Below are positions 40,160 through 49,640 of a DNA stretch of 64,000 nt, in pieces. This DNA is from Alphaproteobacteria bacterium (GTDB lineage: Bacteria; Pseudomonadota; Alphaproteobacteria; M2410), in contig OZ252216.1 of assembly GCA_965248915.1 (NCBI GenBank), positions 153,091 through 217,090 on the forward strand. The letters run 5' to 3'. Both the position numbers and the translations under genes were made by a program. Below the pieces are notes generated by a model. It was not told where the DNA came from. It did not search any database and saw only the letters and a program-made list of their open reading frames with translations. The first letter of the stretch is position 1; each line of letters starts with the position of its first letter.

Positions 40160-42817
40160 ATGATACGCCCTTTAAAATCGATTATTCTGACAATCTGCAT
40201 CTCTTTCATTGGTGTGGTGGTGTTTAGCCCGTCCATGTCTGTTGCCCAAGAAGCCGCGGCTGAGGAAACGGAGACCGAAAAGCCCAAGGAAGAAGAGAAG
40301 GCTTCAAAGTCAAAAAAGAAAAAGAAGAAAGACGATGACGAAGAAGATAAAGAAACCTTAGAGGAAGTAACGAAAGACTTTGAAAAGCTAGAAGGTCTTT
40401 TCACCCTCTACCGCGATCCGGAAAATGGCGCGCTCCACATGGAGATCGCATCAGACCAGATAGATAAGGAATTCATTTATCACGCGTTGACAGTCGATGG
40501 ACCTGCCGACCTAGGGTTCAACTATACCCGAGGCTCATATCTGGCCAATGATGTCATTTCAATTCGCAAGCACTACGAGACCATCGAGATCTACAAGGAA
40601 GTCACGTCCTTTTACTATGACCCAGAAAGTCCGATGTCTCGGGCGGCCAGAGTCAATCAAATCCCATCACTCATCGCCACAGCGACCATTACGGCAAAGA
40701 GCGAAGACGAGACACGTTATTTGATTGAGGCCGATCCACTGTTTGTCTCTGAAGCTCTAACACAGATTAGCCCTTCCCCAAGTGCCGAGCCACCCAAGAA
40801 TGTTCCCTTCTCAATCGGCGGCTTCAATCCTGAAAAAAGCAAGACACTTGATGTTCGCAGCTATCCGAAGAATGCGAACGTCACCGTCGCATTAACCTAT
40901 GACAGCAGCACGCCAATGAATTATGGCAGCGATGAAATTGTCGACGCACGCTCTGTCACCATCAATGTTCAGCACAGTTTTATCGCGATGCCGGACGATG
41001 GATTTAGACCTCGGTTTGATGATCAACGGGTGGGGTATTTTTATCAGCGTGTCACAGATCTCACCTCCGCTGACTTTACACCGTACAGAGATCTGATCGA
41101 TCGTTGGCGATTGGTGAAAAAGGATCCGGAGGCGGAGATTTCCGAACCGGTCACCCCAATCACCTATTGGATTGAAAATACAACGCCGCTTGAATACAGA
41201 GAAGCTATTAAGAAAGGCACCCTGGCTTGGAACGCGGCGTTTGAAAAAGTCGGGTTCAAAAACGCCATTGTGGTGAACATTCAACCCGATGACGCCGAGT
41301 GGGATGCCGGCGATATTGAATATAACGTCATCCGTTGGGTCTCCTCGCCGCAACCAATGTACTCGGGTATGGGCCCGAGCATAACCAATCCGCGAACCGG
41401 TGAAATCATTGGTACGGATATTATGCTTGAATACATTTCCGTGTCTTTCATTCTGCAACTGGAAAACTCATTTGACATCGCCGCCATGCCCGCATTGGCG
41501 CCGCCGGAGGGTCAAGAAAGCGAGTTGAACTATTGCAGCGCTGGCCTGGCGATGCAGTCGAATGTGATGTTTGGCCGCGCAGTATTACAAAGTCAGAATG
41601 CAAGTGAGGCGGAAGTCGGAGAGTTTCTTGAGCAGAGCTTGATCAGTCTTGCCGCTCATGAGGTTGGCCACACGCTGGGCTTGATGCACAATTTCCGAGC
41701 CAGCTATTATCAACCGATAGACAGAGTCTTCATTTCAGATGTCACGAAGGCAGATACGCTAAGCGCGTCCGTGATGGACTATGAGACAGCCAATTTGTCG
41801 AAAGACCGGAGTGTTGACGGACACTACTTCACAATGCAAATCGGGCCTTATGATCATTGGGCGATTGAGTATGGCTACTCCCAATCGGAAGAAGATGAGG
41901 AATTGGAGCAGACGCGCCTCGCAGAGATCTTGGCGAGGTCAACAGAGCCGGGACACGCTTTCGCAAATGACGCCGATGATATGCGCTACCCCGGAAAAGG
42001 CATTGATCCTCGCGCAATGATTTTTGACATGTCCGCCGACCCAATCTCTTACGCCATTGATCGCGCCAGCTTGGTCAAAGATCTTTTGTCGACCATGGCA
42101 CAAGAGTACGATGAAGAAGGTGCAACTTGGCACGGGCTTCGAACATCGTATCTCTATGTTTCCAGCCATACAGGATTGGCCTCGATGGTCTTGTCCAGAT
42201 ACATCGGTGGTGTCTATGTCGAACGACAAACCATTGGCCAACCTGGGCAAAAGCAACCATTCACTGCGGTTGCCTATGCCGACCAGAAGAGGGCCATGCT
42301 AGGTCTCCGTGACCACATTTTCGCGCCCGATGCGTTTGACATGCCTGTCGAACTCATCGCGCGTCTCCAGATGCAACGTCGCGGTCAGCAATTTTGGCCA
42401 ATCACTGAGGATCCGAAAATCCACGATCGGGCTCTCGGCATTCAAAACCGAGCCCTCGCCCATGTCATGCATCCGGTGGTCATGAAGCGTCTCACAGATT
42501 CACGTCTCTATGGAAACGAGTATTCTGTCGCAGAAATGTTGGGAGATTTGACGGACGCAATCTTCGAAGAGGATCTCAAAGGACCGGTCAACACCTATCG
42601 CCAAAACCTGCAGATGCAGTATGTCCAGCGTCTCACTGGAATCTTGTTTGGCGCGCAGGGGTATGACCAGATTTCTCAATCCGCGGCGCATTACAATCTT
42701 CGCCGCATTGAACGCATGATGCGGCAAGGTGCGCGTGGGAACTTGGAAACTCAAGCCCATCGCAGACATGTCCGCGCTTTGGTCGAGAACGTTCTCTATG
42801 GTGAACCCTCAAGATGA
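40160..42817 (+). CDS. secreted zinc-dependent metalloprotease (met-zincin, DUF4953-type)
   Basis: Signal peptide MIRPLKSIILTICISFIGVVVFSPSMSVAQ. Acidic/basic linker …EEKASKSKKKKKKDDDEEDKE…. HEVGHTLGLMHNF zinc site. 885 aa. Confidence 0.75.
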   Translation: MIRPLKSIILTICISFIGVVVFSPSMSVAQEAAAEETETEKPKEEEKASKSKKKKKKDDDEEDKETLEEVTKDFEKLEGLFTLYRDPENGALHMEIASDQIDKEFIYHALTVDGPADLGFNYTRGSYLANDVISIRKHYETIEIYKEVTSFYYDPESPMSRAARVNQIPSLIATATITAKSEDETRYLIEADPLFVSEALTQISPSPSAEPPKNVPFSIGGFNPEKSKTLDVRSYPKNANVTVALTYDSSTPMNYGSDEIVDARSVTINVQHSFIAMPDDGFRPRFDDQRVGYFYQRVTDLTSADFTPYRDLIDRWRLVKKDPEAEISEPVTPITYWIENTTPLEYREAIKKGTLAWNAAFEKVGFKNAIVVNIQPDDAEWDAGDIEYNVIRWVSSPQPMYSGMGPSITNPRTGEIIGTDIMLEYISVSFILQLENSFDIAAMPALAPPEGQESELNYCSAGLAMQSNVMFGRAVLQSQNASEAEVGEFLEQSLISLAAHEVGHTLGLMHNFRASYYQPIDRVFISDVTKADTLSASVMDYETANLSKDRSVDGHYFTMQIGPYDHWAIEYGYSQSEEDEELEQTRLAEILARSTEPGHAFANDADDMRYPGKGIDPRAMIFDMSADPISYAIDRASLVKDLLSTMAQEYDEEGATWHGLRTSYLYVSSHTGLASMVLSRYIGGVYVERQTIGQPGQKQPFTAVAYADQKRAMLGLRDHIFAPDAFDMPVELIARLQMQRRGQQFWPITEDPKIHDRALGIQNRALAHVMHPVVMKRLTDSRLYGNEYSVAEMLGDLTDAIFEEDLKGPVNTYRQNLQMQYVQRLTGILFGAQGYDQISQSAAHYNLRRIERMMRQGARGNLETQAHRRHVRALVENVLYGEPSR

Positions 42818-45532
42818 AGAATTGGGGTCGGGTGGATCACCGCTCGACCCATCTTCAACCGCGACGACGAACCTCTGATACAAAAATCCAATTGGTACCA
42901 AACTGAGGCCCAATCCCAAAACCGACAGTGCGCGTAAAATCGTGTTGTCCAGGCTCGACATATCGAACACGAAGATTTTGATGCTAGCGATTAACAACGC
43001 CGCTAATGAGGCGAGTCTCAGAGCTTTGTTGTTTTGCCAAATGCCGAAGGTGATGAGGACGGCCCCGTAAACGAGCCATACGAGAGAGTAGGTGTAGAAC
43101 TCCGGGTCGCTCGTCGGCCCATCGTTCAAGACGGTTCCATGGAAACCGCGTCGCACTTCGAAGGACAGATAGATGAGGCCTAAAACGAAACAAGCCACCG
43201 CCAATGCAGGTCTCAATCCATTGCCAAACACAGGCCCCATGCGCGCCTCATGCCAAGGTAAGAAATAGGCAGCCAAAAAGAAAATAGGCAGGGCATAAGC
43301 CAAGAAGAGCGTGTTGAGGATCGCAATGTTGCCGACCGCTTCCCCTGTAACCATGGGGTTGAGTGCCATGAGATGGATGAGTCCAATATGCGCAAGCGCT
43401 GAAAAGAGCAACGCCCGTGCGCCGTAAAGGATGACCGGGCTCGACCCATCCGTGCAACGCCGAAAGAGCCCGTAAGCCAGGGCCAACCAGAGGGCTGTGT
43501 TCAGACTTGCCTCACTCAAGAGATAGCTAAGCGCCTTCAAATCTCCATCGTGAAGGAAGAGGCGGATTTGGCCCGTCAGACAAACGACTGCGAAGACCAG
43601 AGAGCCAGCCTCGAGCAATATGACCGTGTCGTCTCGTTTGACTTGGGCATAGGTGCGAGCGGCCCAATAGAAAGCGAGTGCCGGAATGCCGTATCCATAG
43701 GTCAGCCAATTGAAAATCAAAACGTCCGGTATGGCATAATCGAGCGCGAAAGGATTGAAAATCAATCGCACGATAACAATGGCCGCTGCAATGATGGCAA
43801 CACGCCTCAGAATGGGGAGTGTGATCTGGGTGTAAACCCACGCCATAGCCGGCAGAAGTAACGCAAGCGCAACCGTGAGCCACGCCTTCTCCAAGGCCAT
43901 AGCAAAGGCAAGGGCAAGGGAAGCCAGCACACCGATGGCAAAAGCCGCACGAGCCGCGTCCGAGATCTTCTCGTTCGTTTTGCCGTGCAGTGACCAGGTG
44001 GCGTACAGGTAAAGTACAGCTGAAACGATGCCAATCGTTGCCCAACCAATCGAGTTTTCAAATCCGTTGATCCGCCAATAGGATATTGCGATGGCGGCAA
44101 GCGAGGTCGTCACGCCGATCCCGGCCCACAAACCACTTTGAGGTTTGCGGCGCCACGCGCTGAGAAGACCTGCGGCCGCATATCCAAGGGCAACCGCAAG
44201 ACATGTCATTGCGAAACGATAGGCATCCGGCGGAATGCTCAAGATGAACGAGGGCCGCCCGATCTCGCCCTCGACTTCTAGTGGCGGTACGTAAGGCAAA
44301 TGCCAGAACAAAAGGGTGAGAATGCCGGTGACCGCCCCGATAACATGGACGGGATAAAATGCCGGCCAGCGAAATCCGATGATCGCATTGCCAGCGCAGA
44401 ACAACGCAATCATGACCAGGATTTCCCGGTCCGGCCCTTGGCTACCAAACATTGCCAACAAAAAGAAAGCCGCCATGCCAGAGGCGGCGAGCGCAACTGC
44501 AAGGGCTGGAGCTTCAACACCATCGTTAGGGTCTGTCGCCTTTTCACTTCCACCAGCTTTCGGCGTCATGGAGAGCGGATACATCAAACCCACGAACGCG
44601 GCAAATCCTGCAATGACGAGCAATTCAAACGGCGTATTGGGTCCGGACACTTGGCCGAGGGCGATCCATGCGCCAGCGCCTGTGAGTGATAGCCAACCAA
44701 GCCACCACCAACGTCGCAATCGCACGATGCCAAGCGCGCCAAGTTGGACGAAAGTCAGATAACCATAGAGAGCCGGAAGGGAAGGCGTGTCCGTTCTAAT
44801 CAGTGCGGGCACAAGAAGCGCTCCCGCAATGCCAAGCGCACCGATCAGCGGTCCGTGCACGAGTGACAGAACCACCGCGCCCGCTGAAAGGAGGCCGAGA
44901 AGGAAGAACGCGACGGTTGAGCCGAGAAGGCCGTAAAGCAGATATGCAGCAAACACTGAGGCGTAAAGGGCAATGATCCCGGCAGCGGTAAGGGCCGGTG
45001 GCAGCATATCGTGCTCCATGATTGCCGCCGCCCGACCAAAAGACCGATGCCGCGTCACCTCGCCAAGTCCCAATAGTATGAAGCCAAATATTACCCCGAC
45101 CGCAATCCTTGCCGTTGGCCCAAGCAATCCTTGTTCGATCGAGTACTTGACGAGAAACACCACAAAGAATGCAAGCGCAATCCCGCCGCCAATAATCAGT
45201 ATGTTGGCTATGCTAATAGACTCGACGAATCCCTCCCATTGCATCGATTTCTTCTTTGCAGCGACCTGCGGAGAGGGCGCCAATTCCTCAGAGGGCGGAG
45301 GAGACGCCATCGGAGCGGGCGTCGGTTCTGTGTTTTCTTGTTCAGGTTCAGCCTGCGGTTCAGCTACGGTAGGTGCGACAAATTCAGGTGTTGAACTTTG
45401 TGCAAGGGTTGCCAGCGTTCTTTCGATAACACCTAGCCTTCGGTGCGCGTCTCGCGCTTGCAGCCAGCCGACCAAAGCGAGAATGGGTGTGGCGAGAACG
45501 ATGAGGCCTACAATGACAGCGAGCAAATACAC
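42809..45532 (-). CDS. large polytopic membrane protein (DUF2339-like), Pro/Glu-rich N-terminal region
   Basis: 907 aa. N-terminal TM helix followed by PQAEPEQENTEPTPAPMASPPPSEELAPSP, then more than 20 hydrophobic helices. Overlaps the metalloprotease 3' end by 9 nt (convergent). Confidence 0.45.
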   Translation of the reverse strand: MYLLAVIVGLIVLATPILALVGWLQARDAHRRLGVIERTLATLAQSSTPEFVAPTVAEPQAEPEQENTEPTPAPMASPPPSEELAPSPQVAAKKKSMQWEGFVESISIANILIIGGGIALAFFVVFLVKYSIEQGLLGPTARIAVGVIFGFILLGLGEVTRHRSFGRAAAIMEHDMLPPALTAAGIIALYASVFAAYLLYGLLGSTVAFFLLGLLSAGAVVLSLVHGPLIGALGIAGALLVPALIRTDTPSLPALYGYLTFVQLGALGIVRLRRWWWLGWLSLTGAGAWIALGQVSGPNTPFELLVIAGFAAFVGLMYPLSMTPKAGGSEKATDPNDGVEAPALAVALAASGMAAFFLLAMFGSQGPDREILVMIALFCAGNAIIGFRWPAFYPVHVIGAVTGILTLLFWHLPYVPPLEVEGEIGRPSFILSIPPDAYRFAMTCLAVALGYAAAGLLSAWRRKPQSGLWAGIGVTTSLAAIAISYWRINGFENSIGWATIGIVSAVLYLYATWSLHGKTNEKISDAARAAFAIGVLASLALAFAMALEKAWLTVALALLLPAMAWVYTQITLPILRRVAIIAAAIVIVRLIFNPFALDYAIPDVLIFNWLTYGYGIPALAFYWAARTYAQVKRDDTVILLEAGSLVFAVVCLTGQIRLFLHDGDLKALSYLLSEASLNTALWLALAYGLFRRCTDGSSPVILYGARALLFSALAHIGLIHLMALNPMVTGEAVGNIAILNTLFLAYALPIFFLAAYFLPWHEARMGPVFGNGLRPALAVACFVLGLIYLSFEVRRGFHGTVLNDGPTSDPEFYTYSLVWLVYGAVLITFGIWQNNKALRLASLAALLIASIKIFVFDMSSLDNTILRALSVLGLGLSLVPIGFLYQRFVVAVEDGSSGDPPDPNSSS

Positions 45533-45655
45533 AAAAAGACCTCGTTCTTTGCAAATGGGATTGAAGGAATCGTAACACGCTCATCCACGGGAGCCAGAGC
45601 GAATTGCTCTCCCCTCGTTTCGCATCAAACATTGGGGTGTTATGGAAAAGATAGT

Positions 45656-47692
45656 CTAGGTGATTGCCTCTACCTCGACCCGCGCGTCGTTGTAACAAGC
45701 ACCATCCGCGATGTCGGACTTGTGCCCTGGAATAAGGGCATTGGTTGTTTGATGGGTGGGGCTGGTTTTGAGCCAGGCGCCTTTGGGCGAATAAACACAT
45801 CCTGGCCGGACGACCGGCGTGATTTGTAAGCGCAGATGCACTTCTCCCAAGTCATTGTGGACCCGAACGGTCATCCCTTCCGTGAGTCCACGCGGTTCCG
45901 CGTCATCGGGGTGCATTTCCAAGACCTCCAACGCACTCTCAGGATCCGAACCGCCAAAGGTTGAATTGATGCGACGATCAGAAGATGGCGTCACCAGGGT
46001 GAGCGGGTACTCACTTGCAAGCGACCGGTATTTTGGAACCTGCGCATTGTAGCGTTCTTGCAAGCGGTCCGAACTCAACTCGATCTTTCCGCTTGGTGTT
46101 TGAGGCAACAGTCCCCGCAAGAGAGAAAGCGACCCCTCATCATCTTGCATTGGGTAAGCATCGGTCGTGCTAACTTGTTCACTTTGCGGTCCTGGCAGTC
46201 GATCATCTCCTATTGAAAGCGCCTCTGTGATGAGATCAAGATCTTGCGTTTTGAAACAGGCATCATGAAAACCAAACCGCGCCGCAAGTCGGCGAAAAAT
46301 TTCTGTATTGCTCAGTGCGTCACCAACGGCAGGGATCACAGGAACAGCTCTCTGCAAGTATTGATGGCCATAGGCAGGGTAGAGATCGTCAAACTCGAAA
46401 TGACTAGCCGCTGGCAAGATGACATCTGCAAATGCGAGGCTCTCCGTCATAGTGACATCGCACCCGACAGCAAAGAGATCCTCTTTCGCCAAGGCTCGCT
46501 TCATGCGGTTTTGGTTCGGATGAACGGCAATGGGATTGTGGTTAAAGATGAAGAGCGACATGATAGGCGGGTCGACTTTATCTTCAAGAATGTGAGTCAC
46601 CACATCAATAATATTGAACTCGCGTGGGATGCCGGACGTAAGGTCTGGCCTTTCCAAGGCTTCTCTGTTCATAGGGAAAGTTAGGCTGAACTTGTCGAAA
46701 AACCCACTGCCCACCTTGCCGATGTTCCCGCTGAGAGCCAGCAAACTAAGCGCTGCTCTGATACCACCGCCGCCATTTCGGTTCCGCTCAACGCCGACGC
46801 CTACCGTCATAGAGAGGGGCGCGCCGTCCGCAAAACACTGTGCCAGCGCACGAATATCCATGGCGTCGACGCCACAAATGGCCGCCGCCTTCTCGACCGT
46901 GTAAGTGCGGGCCTCAGTCATGTAGGGATCAAACCCCTCAACCCACTCCTTGATGAAGTCGTGATCCAATCCATCGAGGCGTTCCAATTCCGCTGCGACC
47001 GCATAGGCCAAGATCACATCCGTTCCGGGTCGCAGTCCGACATAGAGATCAGCTTGTTCGGCAATGCGAATGCGCTTCGGATCAATGACAATAAGTTTTA
47101 CCCCATTCTTTTGCGCCTGGGTAATCAACCGTGTCTGATGAAGAGCGGAGACCGTAATGTTGCGACCCCAGATGACGATGGTATTCGAGCGAATCACTTC
47201 TTCCGGGGAGATTCCAGAGGTCGTGCCAAAGAGTGAGGCGTAAGCGAGCGATCTGGTGCCAGCGCAGAGCGGCCCTCTGTCGAGTTTGGAAGCACCCAGC
47301 TTGTTGAAGAAACGAGTGGCCATCGATCCGCCCGCCAGAACCCCGTGGGGTCCGGCGTAGTTAAACGGGACGATGGCCTGCGCACCGTGGCTTGCGATGA
47401 TGTCGGAGTAGCGCTGATAGATGGTGTCGAGGGCCCGCTCCCAGCTCACCGCTTCGAACTGGCCATCCCCTTTTGCTCCCACACGAACGAGCGGTTGTTT
47501 TAGGCGATCAGGCCCGTGAATATAGTCTGGGTAGTACTTCATGACTTTGGAACAAACCGCGCCTGCCGTGATCGGATTGACGCGACTGCCATTAACTTTT
47601 GTCACTCTGTCATTCTCAACGGTGACACGGAGTGAGCATGTGTCTGGGCAATCCATTGGGCAAACACTGGGTTTTTGAAGGTGTTCGGTCAT
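45656..47692 (-). CDS. molybdopterin-dependent oxidoreductase (Fe-S containing, cytoplasmic NasA/Fdh-like)
   Basis: N-terminal CPMDCPDTC (Cx3Cx3C) 4Fe-4S motif followed by MopB-family regions. No Tat signal. Start placed at the MTEHLQ ATG. Confidence 0.8.
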   Translation of the reverse strand: MTEHLQKPSVCPMDCPDTCSLRVTVENDRVTKVNGSRVNPITAGAVCSKVMKYYPDYIHGPDRLKQPLVRVGAKGDGQFEAVSWERALDTIYQRYSDIIASHGAQAIVPFNYAGPHGVLAGGSMATRFFNKLGASKLDRGPLCAGTRSLAYASLFGTTSGISPEEVIRSNTIVIWGRNITVSALHQTRLITQAQKNGVKLIVIDPKRIRIAEQADLYVGLRPGTDVILAYAVAAELERLDGLDHDFIKEWVEGFDPYMTEARTYTVEKAAAICGVDAMDIRALAQCFADGAPLSMTVGVGVERNRNGGGGIRAALSLLALSGNIGKVGSGFFDKFSLTFPMNREALERPDLTSGIPREFNIIDVVTHILEDKVDPPIMSLFIFNHNPIAVHPNQNRMKRALAKEDLFAVGCDVTMTESLAFADVILPAASHFEFDDLYPAYGHQYLQRAVPVIPAVGDALSNTEIFRRLAARFGFHDACFKTQDLDLITEALSIGDDRLPGPQSEQVSTTDAYPMQDDEGSLSLLRGLLPQTPSGKIELSSDRLQERYNAQVPKYRSLASEYPLTLVTPSSDRRINSTFGGSDPESALEVLEMHPDDAEPRGLTEGMTVRVHNDLGEVHLRLQITPVVRPGCVYSPKGAWLKTSPTHQTTNALIPGHKSDIADGACYNDARVEVEAIT

Positions 47693-47814
47693 GCGAAAAC
47701 CGTAAACCATGAAGACTGAAACCTCCACTGAACTTTGTGTGGCCAGCTTCCGTCAGTCCACTTTGTGAGTTAGTCTTGAGTCTCTATCAGTTTGACCCAT
47801 GGAGGCGGGCAACA

Positions 47815-48900
47815 ATGCGCATTGAAGGCAAACCCTTTCGAACAATTTGGGTCGATGAAAACCCAATGGGACCTGTCAAAATCATCGATCAACGCAAACT
47901 CCCGCATGTTCTTGAAGTCATTGACCTGGCAACGATGGACGATGCTGTTGTCGCCATTCGAGACATGGCGGTTCGCGGCGCGCCTCTCATTGGCGCGACC
48001 GGCGCCTTCGGCGTCTATCTCGCACTGATGGAAAGCGGAATGGAAGGTTTGGAAAAAGCCGTCAATACCTTAAAGGCGGCACGACCTACCGCCGTCAACT
48101 TGGCCTGGGGCGTTGACCGTGTCGCAACTGTCGTAAGAGCGTCACCTGAAAATGCCGTACCAGTCGCGCGAGCAGAAGTGCTCAAGATCGTTGAAGAAGA
48201 TGTTGAAGTGTGTCGCAACATTGGGATGAACGGGTTGCCGCTCATTGAATCCATTGCCAATCGCAAAGTGGGCCCGGTTAACATTCTCACTCACTGCAAT
48301 GCCGGTTGGTTGGCGACCATTGACTGGGGCACCGCCACCTCACCCATCTACCACGCTCACAAACAGGGTATTCCTGTCCATGTTTGGGTCGATGAAACGA
48401 GACCTCGCAATCAAGGCGCCAGCCTGACGGCATTTGAGTTGGGCCAAGAGGGCGTGCCCCATACGGTGATTGTTGACAATGCAGGTGGGCACTTGATGCA
48501 GCACGGACAAGTTGATCTCGTTATCGTAGGCACCGACCGCACAACCGCAACAGGCGATGTTGCCAACAAGATCGGCACTTACTTGAAAGCCTTGGCGGCT
48601 CACGACAACGGAGTGCCTTTCTACGTCGGGCTTCCCTCATCAACCATTGATTGGCGAGCTCAATCTGGGTTTGAAGACATCCCCATTGAGGAGCGCGACG
48701 AAAACGAAGTCCATGAGATTGTTGGGCTCGACGGAGATCAAGTGCGCTCGGTGCGGATAACGCCACCGGGAAGCGCTGCCGCCAATCCTGCCTTTGATGT
48801 AACGCCGGCCCGCCTCGTTACCGGCCTTATCACCGAGCGTGGAATTGCTGAACCGAATGCACAGAGCATCGCGAAATTGTTCCCGGAATTGGTAGGGTAG
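47815..48900 (+). CDS. mtnA: S-methyl-5-thioribose-1-phosphate isomerase
   Basis: MRIEGKPFRTIWVDENPMGPVKIIDQRKLPH… and …AVRGAPLIGA… eIF2B-family motifs. GGAGG SD before the ATG at 47815. Confidence 0.85.
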   Translation: MRIEGKPFRTIWVDENPMGPVKIIDQRKLPHVLEVIDLATMDDAVVAIRDMAVRGAPLIGATGAFGVYLALMESGMEGLEKAVNTLKAARPTAVNLAWGVDRVATVVRASPENAVPVARAEVLKIVEEDVEVCRNIGMNGLPLIESIANRKVGPVNILTHCNAGWLATIDWGTATSPIYHAHKQGIPVHVWVDETRPRNQGASLTAFELGQEGVPHTVIVDNAGGHLMQHGQVDLVIVGTDRTTATGDVANKIGTYLKALAAHDNGVPFYVGLPSSTIDWRAQSGFEDIPIEERDENEVHEIVGLDGDQVRSVRITPPGSAAANPAFDVTPARLVTGLITERGIAEPNAQSIAKLFPELVG

Positions 48901-48904
48901 ACTT

Positions 48905-49525
48905 GTGACCGAAGCTGAAGGTGTCATCAAATATCGCCTCGACCATGTTGCATCTCCCATCAGCAATGCGCAACACGTTGAGGTTCTGAACCATTGGCGC
49001 AATGTCTTGGGTGGATTGGGACTCATTGGAGCGGACCCGGTTCGATACCAAGGACTAGGGTTTGGCAATCTCAGCGCCCGAACCAAAGACAACCAATTTC
49101 TCATTACCGGCAGTCAAACCGGAAATGTCGCGAAACTGACGGCGACCCACTACAGCTTTGTGAAGGAGGTGGATCTTGCAACTTTGACGGTCCGCGCTGA
49201 AGGGGAAACAAAGCCGTCATCGGAAGCATTGACCCACGCTGCAATGTATCAAGCAGATGCGGATATTAACTTCGTCTTCCATGTTCACAGCCCAGACGTG
49301 TGGCATGCGGCATCGAAGCTTGATCTGGCGGTCACACCAAGAGATGTGCCTTATGGCACACCTGAAATGGCCGAAGCGATGAAACGAGCTTTGGCAACTG
49401 AGGAAGCCTGCGCCACTGGCATCGTGGTCATGTTGGGCCATGAAGACGGTGTGGTTGGATTTGGGTGTTCGGCCGAAGAGGCGGGCGTGCGGTTGACCGA
49501 CGCTTTGAAGCGCGCCAATTCATGA
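48905..49525 (+). CDS. class II aldolase/adducin-family protein (MtnB-like methylthioribulose-1-phosphate dehydratase or MTRu-1-P aldolase)
   Basis: GNLSAR motif and HVHSP / LGHEDG metal-ligand regions. GTG start 4 nt after the mtnA stop. Confidence 0.7.
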   Translation: MTEAEGVIKYRLDHVASPISNAQHVEVLNHWRNVLGGLGLIGADPVRYQGLGFGNLSARTKDNQFLITGSQTGNVAKLTATHYSFVKEVDLATLTVRAEGETKPSSEALTHAAMYQADADINFVFHVHSPDVWHAASKLDLAVTPRDVPYGTPEMAEAMKRALATEEACATGIVVMLGHEDGVVGFGCSAEEAGVRLTDALKRANS

Positions 49526-49640
49526 GACCAGAACTCAGATTCTAGGCCAAGCGTGATGCCTTCACTCTGGCGCCGCTCTCCAAAATCGGTAAACTGCCGC
49601 CTGCCTTGTAAATAGGAAAAACAAACATTGTGAGGAAACC

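Noticed and set aside
40093-40404. 103-aa minus-strand ORF rich in Ser/Phe (…SSSSSSFFFFFFDFEAF…)
   Set aside because: Antisense of the Lys/Glu/Asp-rich linker of the metalloprotease. It is a mirror artefact of the low-complexity coding region.
43527-44762. Several 60-170-aa ORFs on both strands inside 42809..45532
   Set aside because: All lie within or antisense to the 907-aa membrane protein gene. High GC and low stop-codon density explain them.
49030-49060. tRNA-like T-loop motif (ggttcgatacc)
   Set aside because: It lies inside the mtnB-like coding frame with no acceptor or anticodon stem context. No tRNA genes were detected anywhere in the window.
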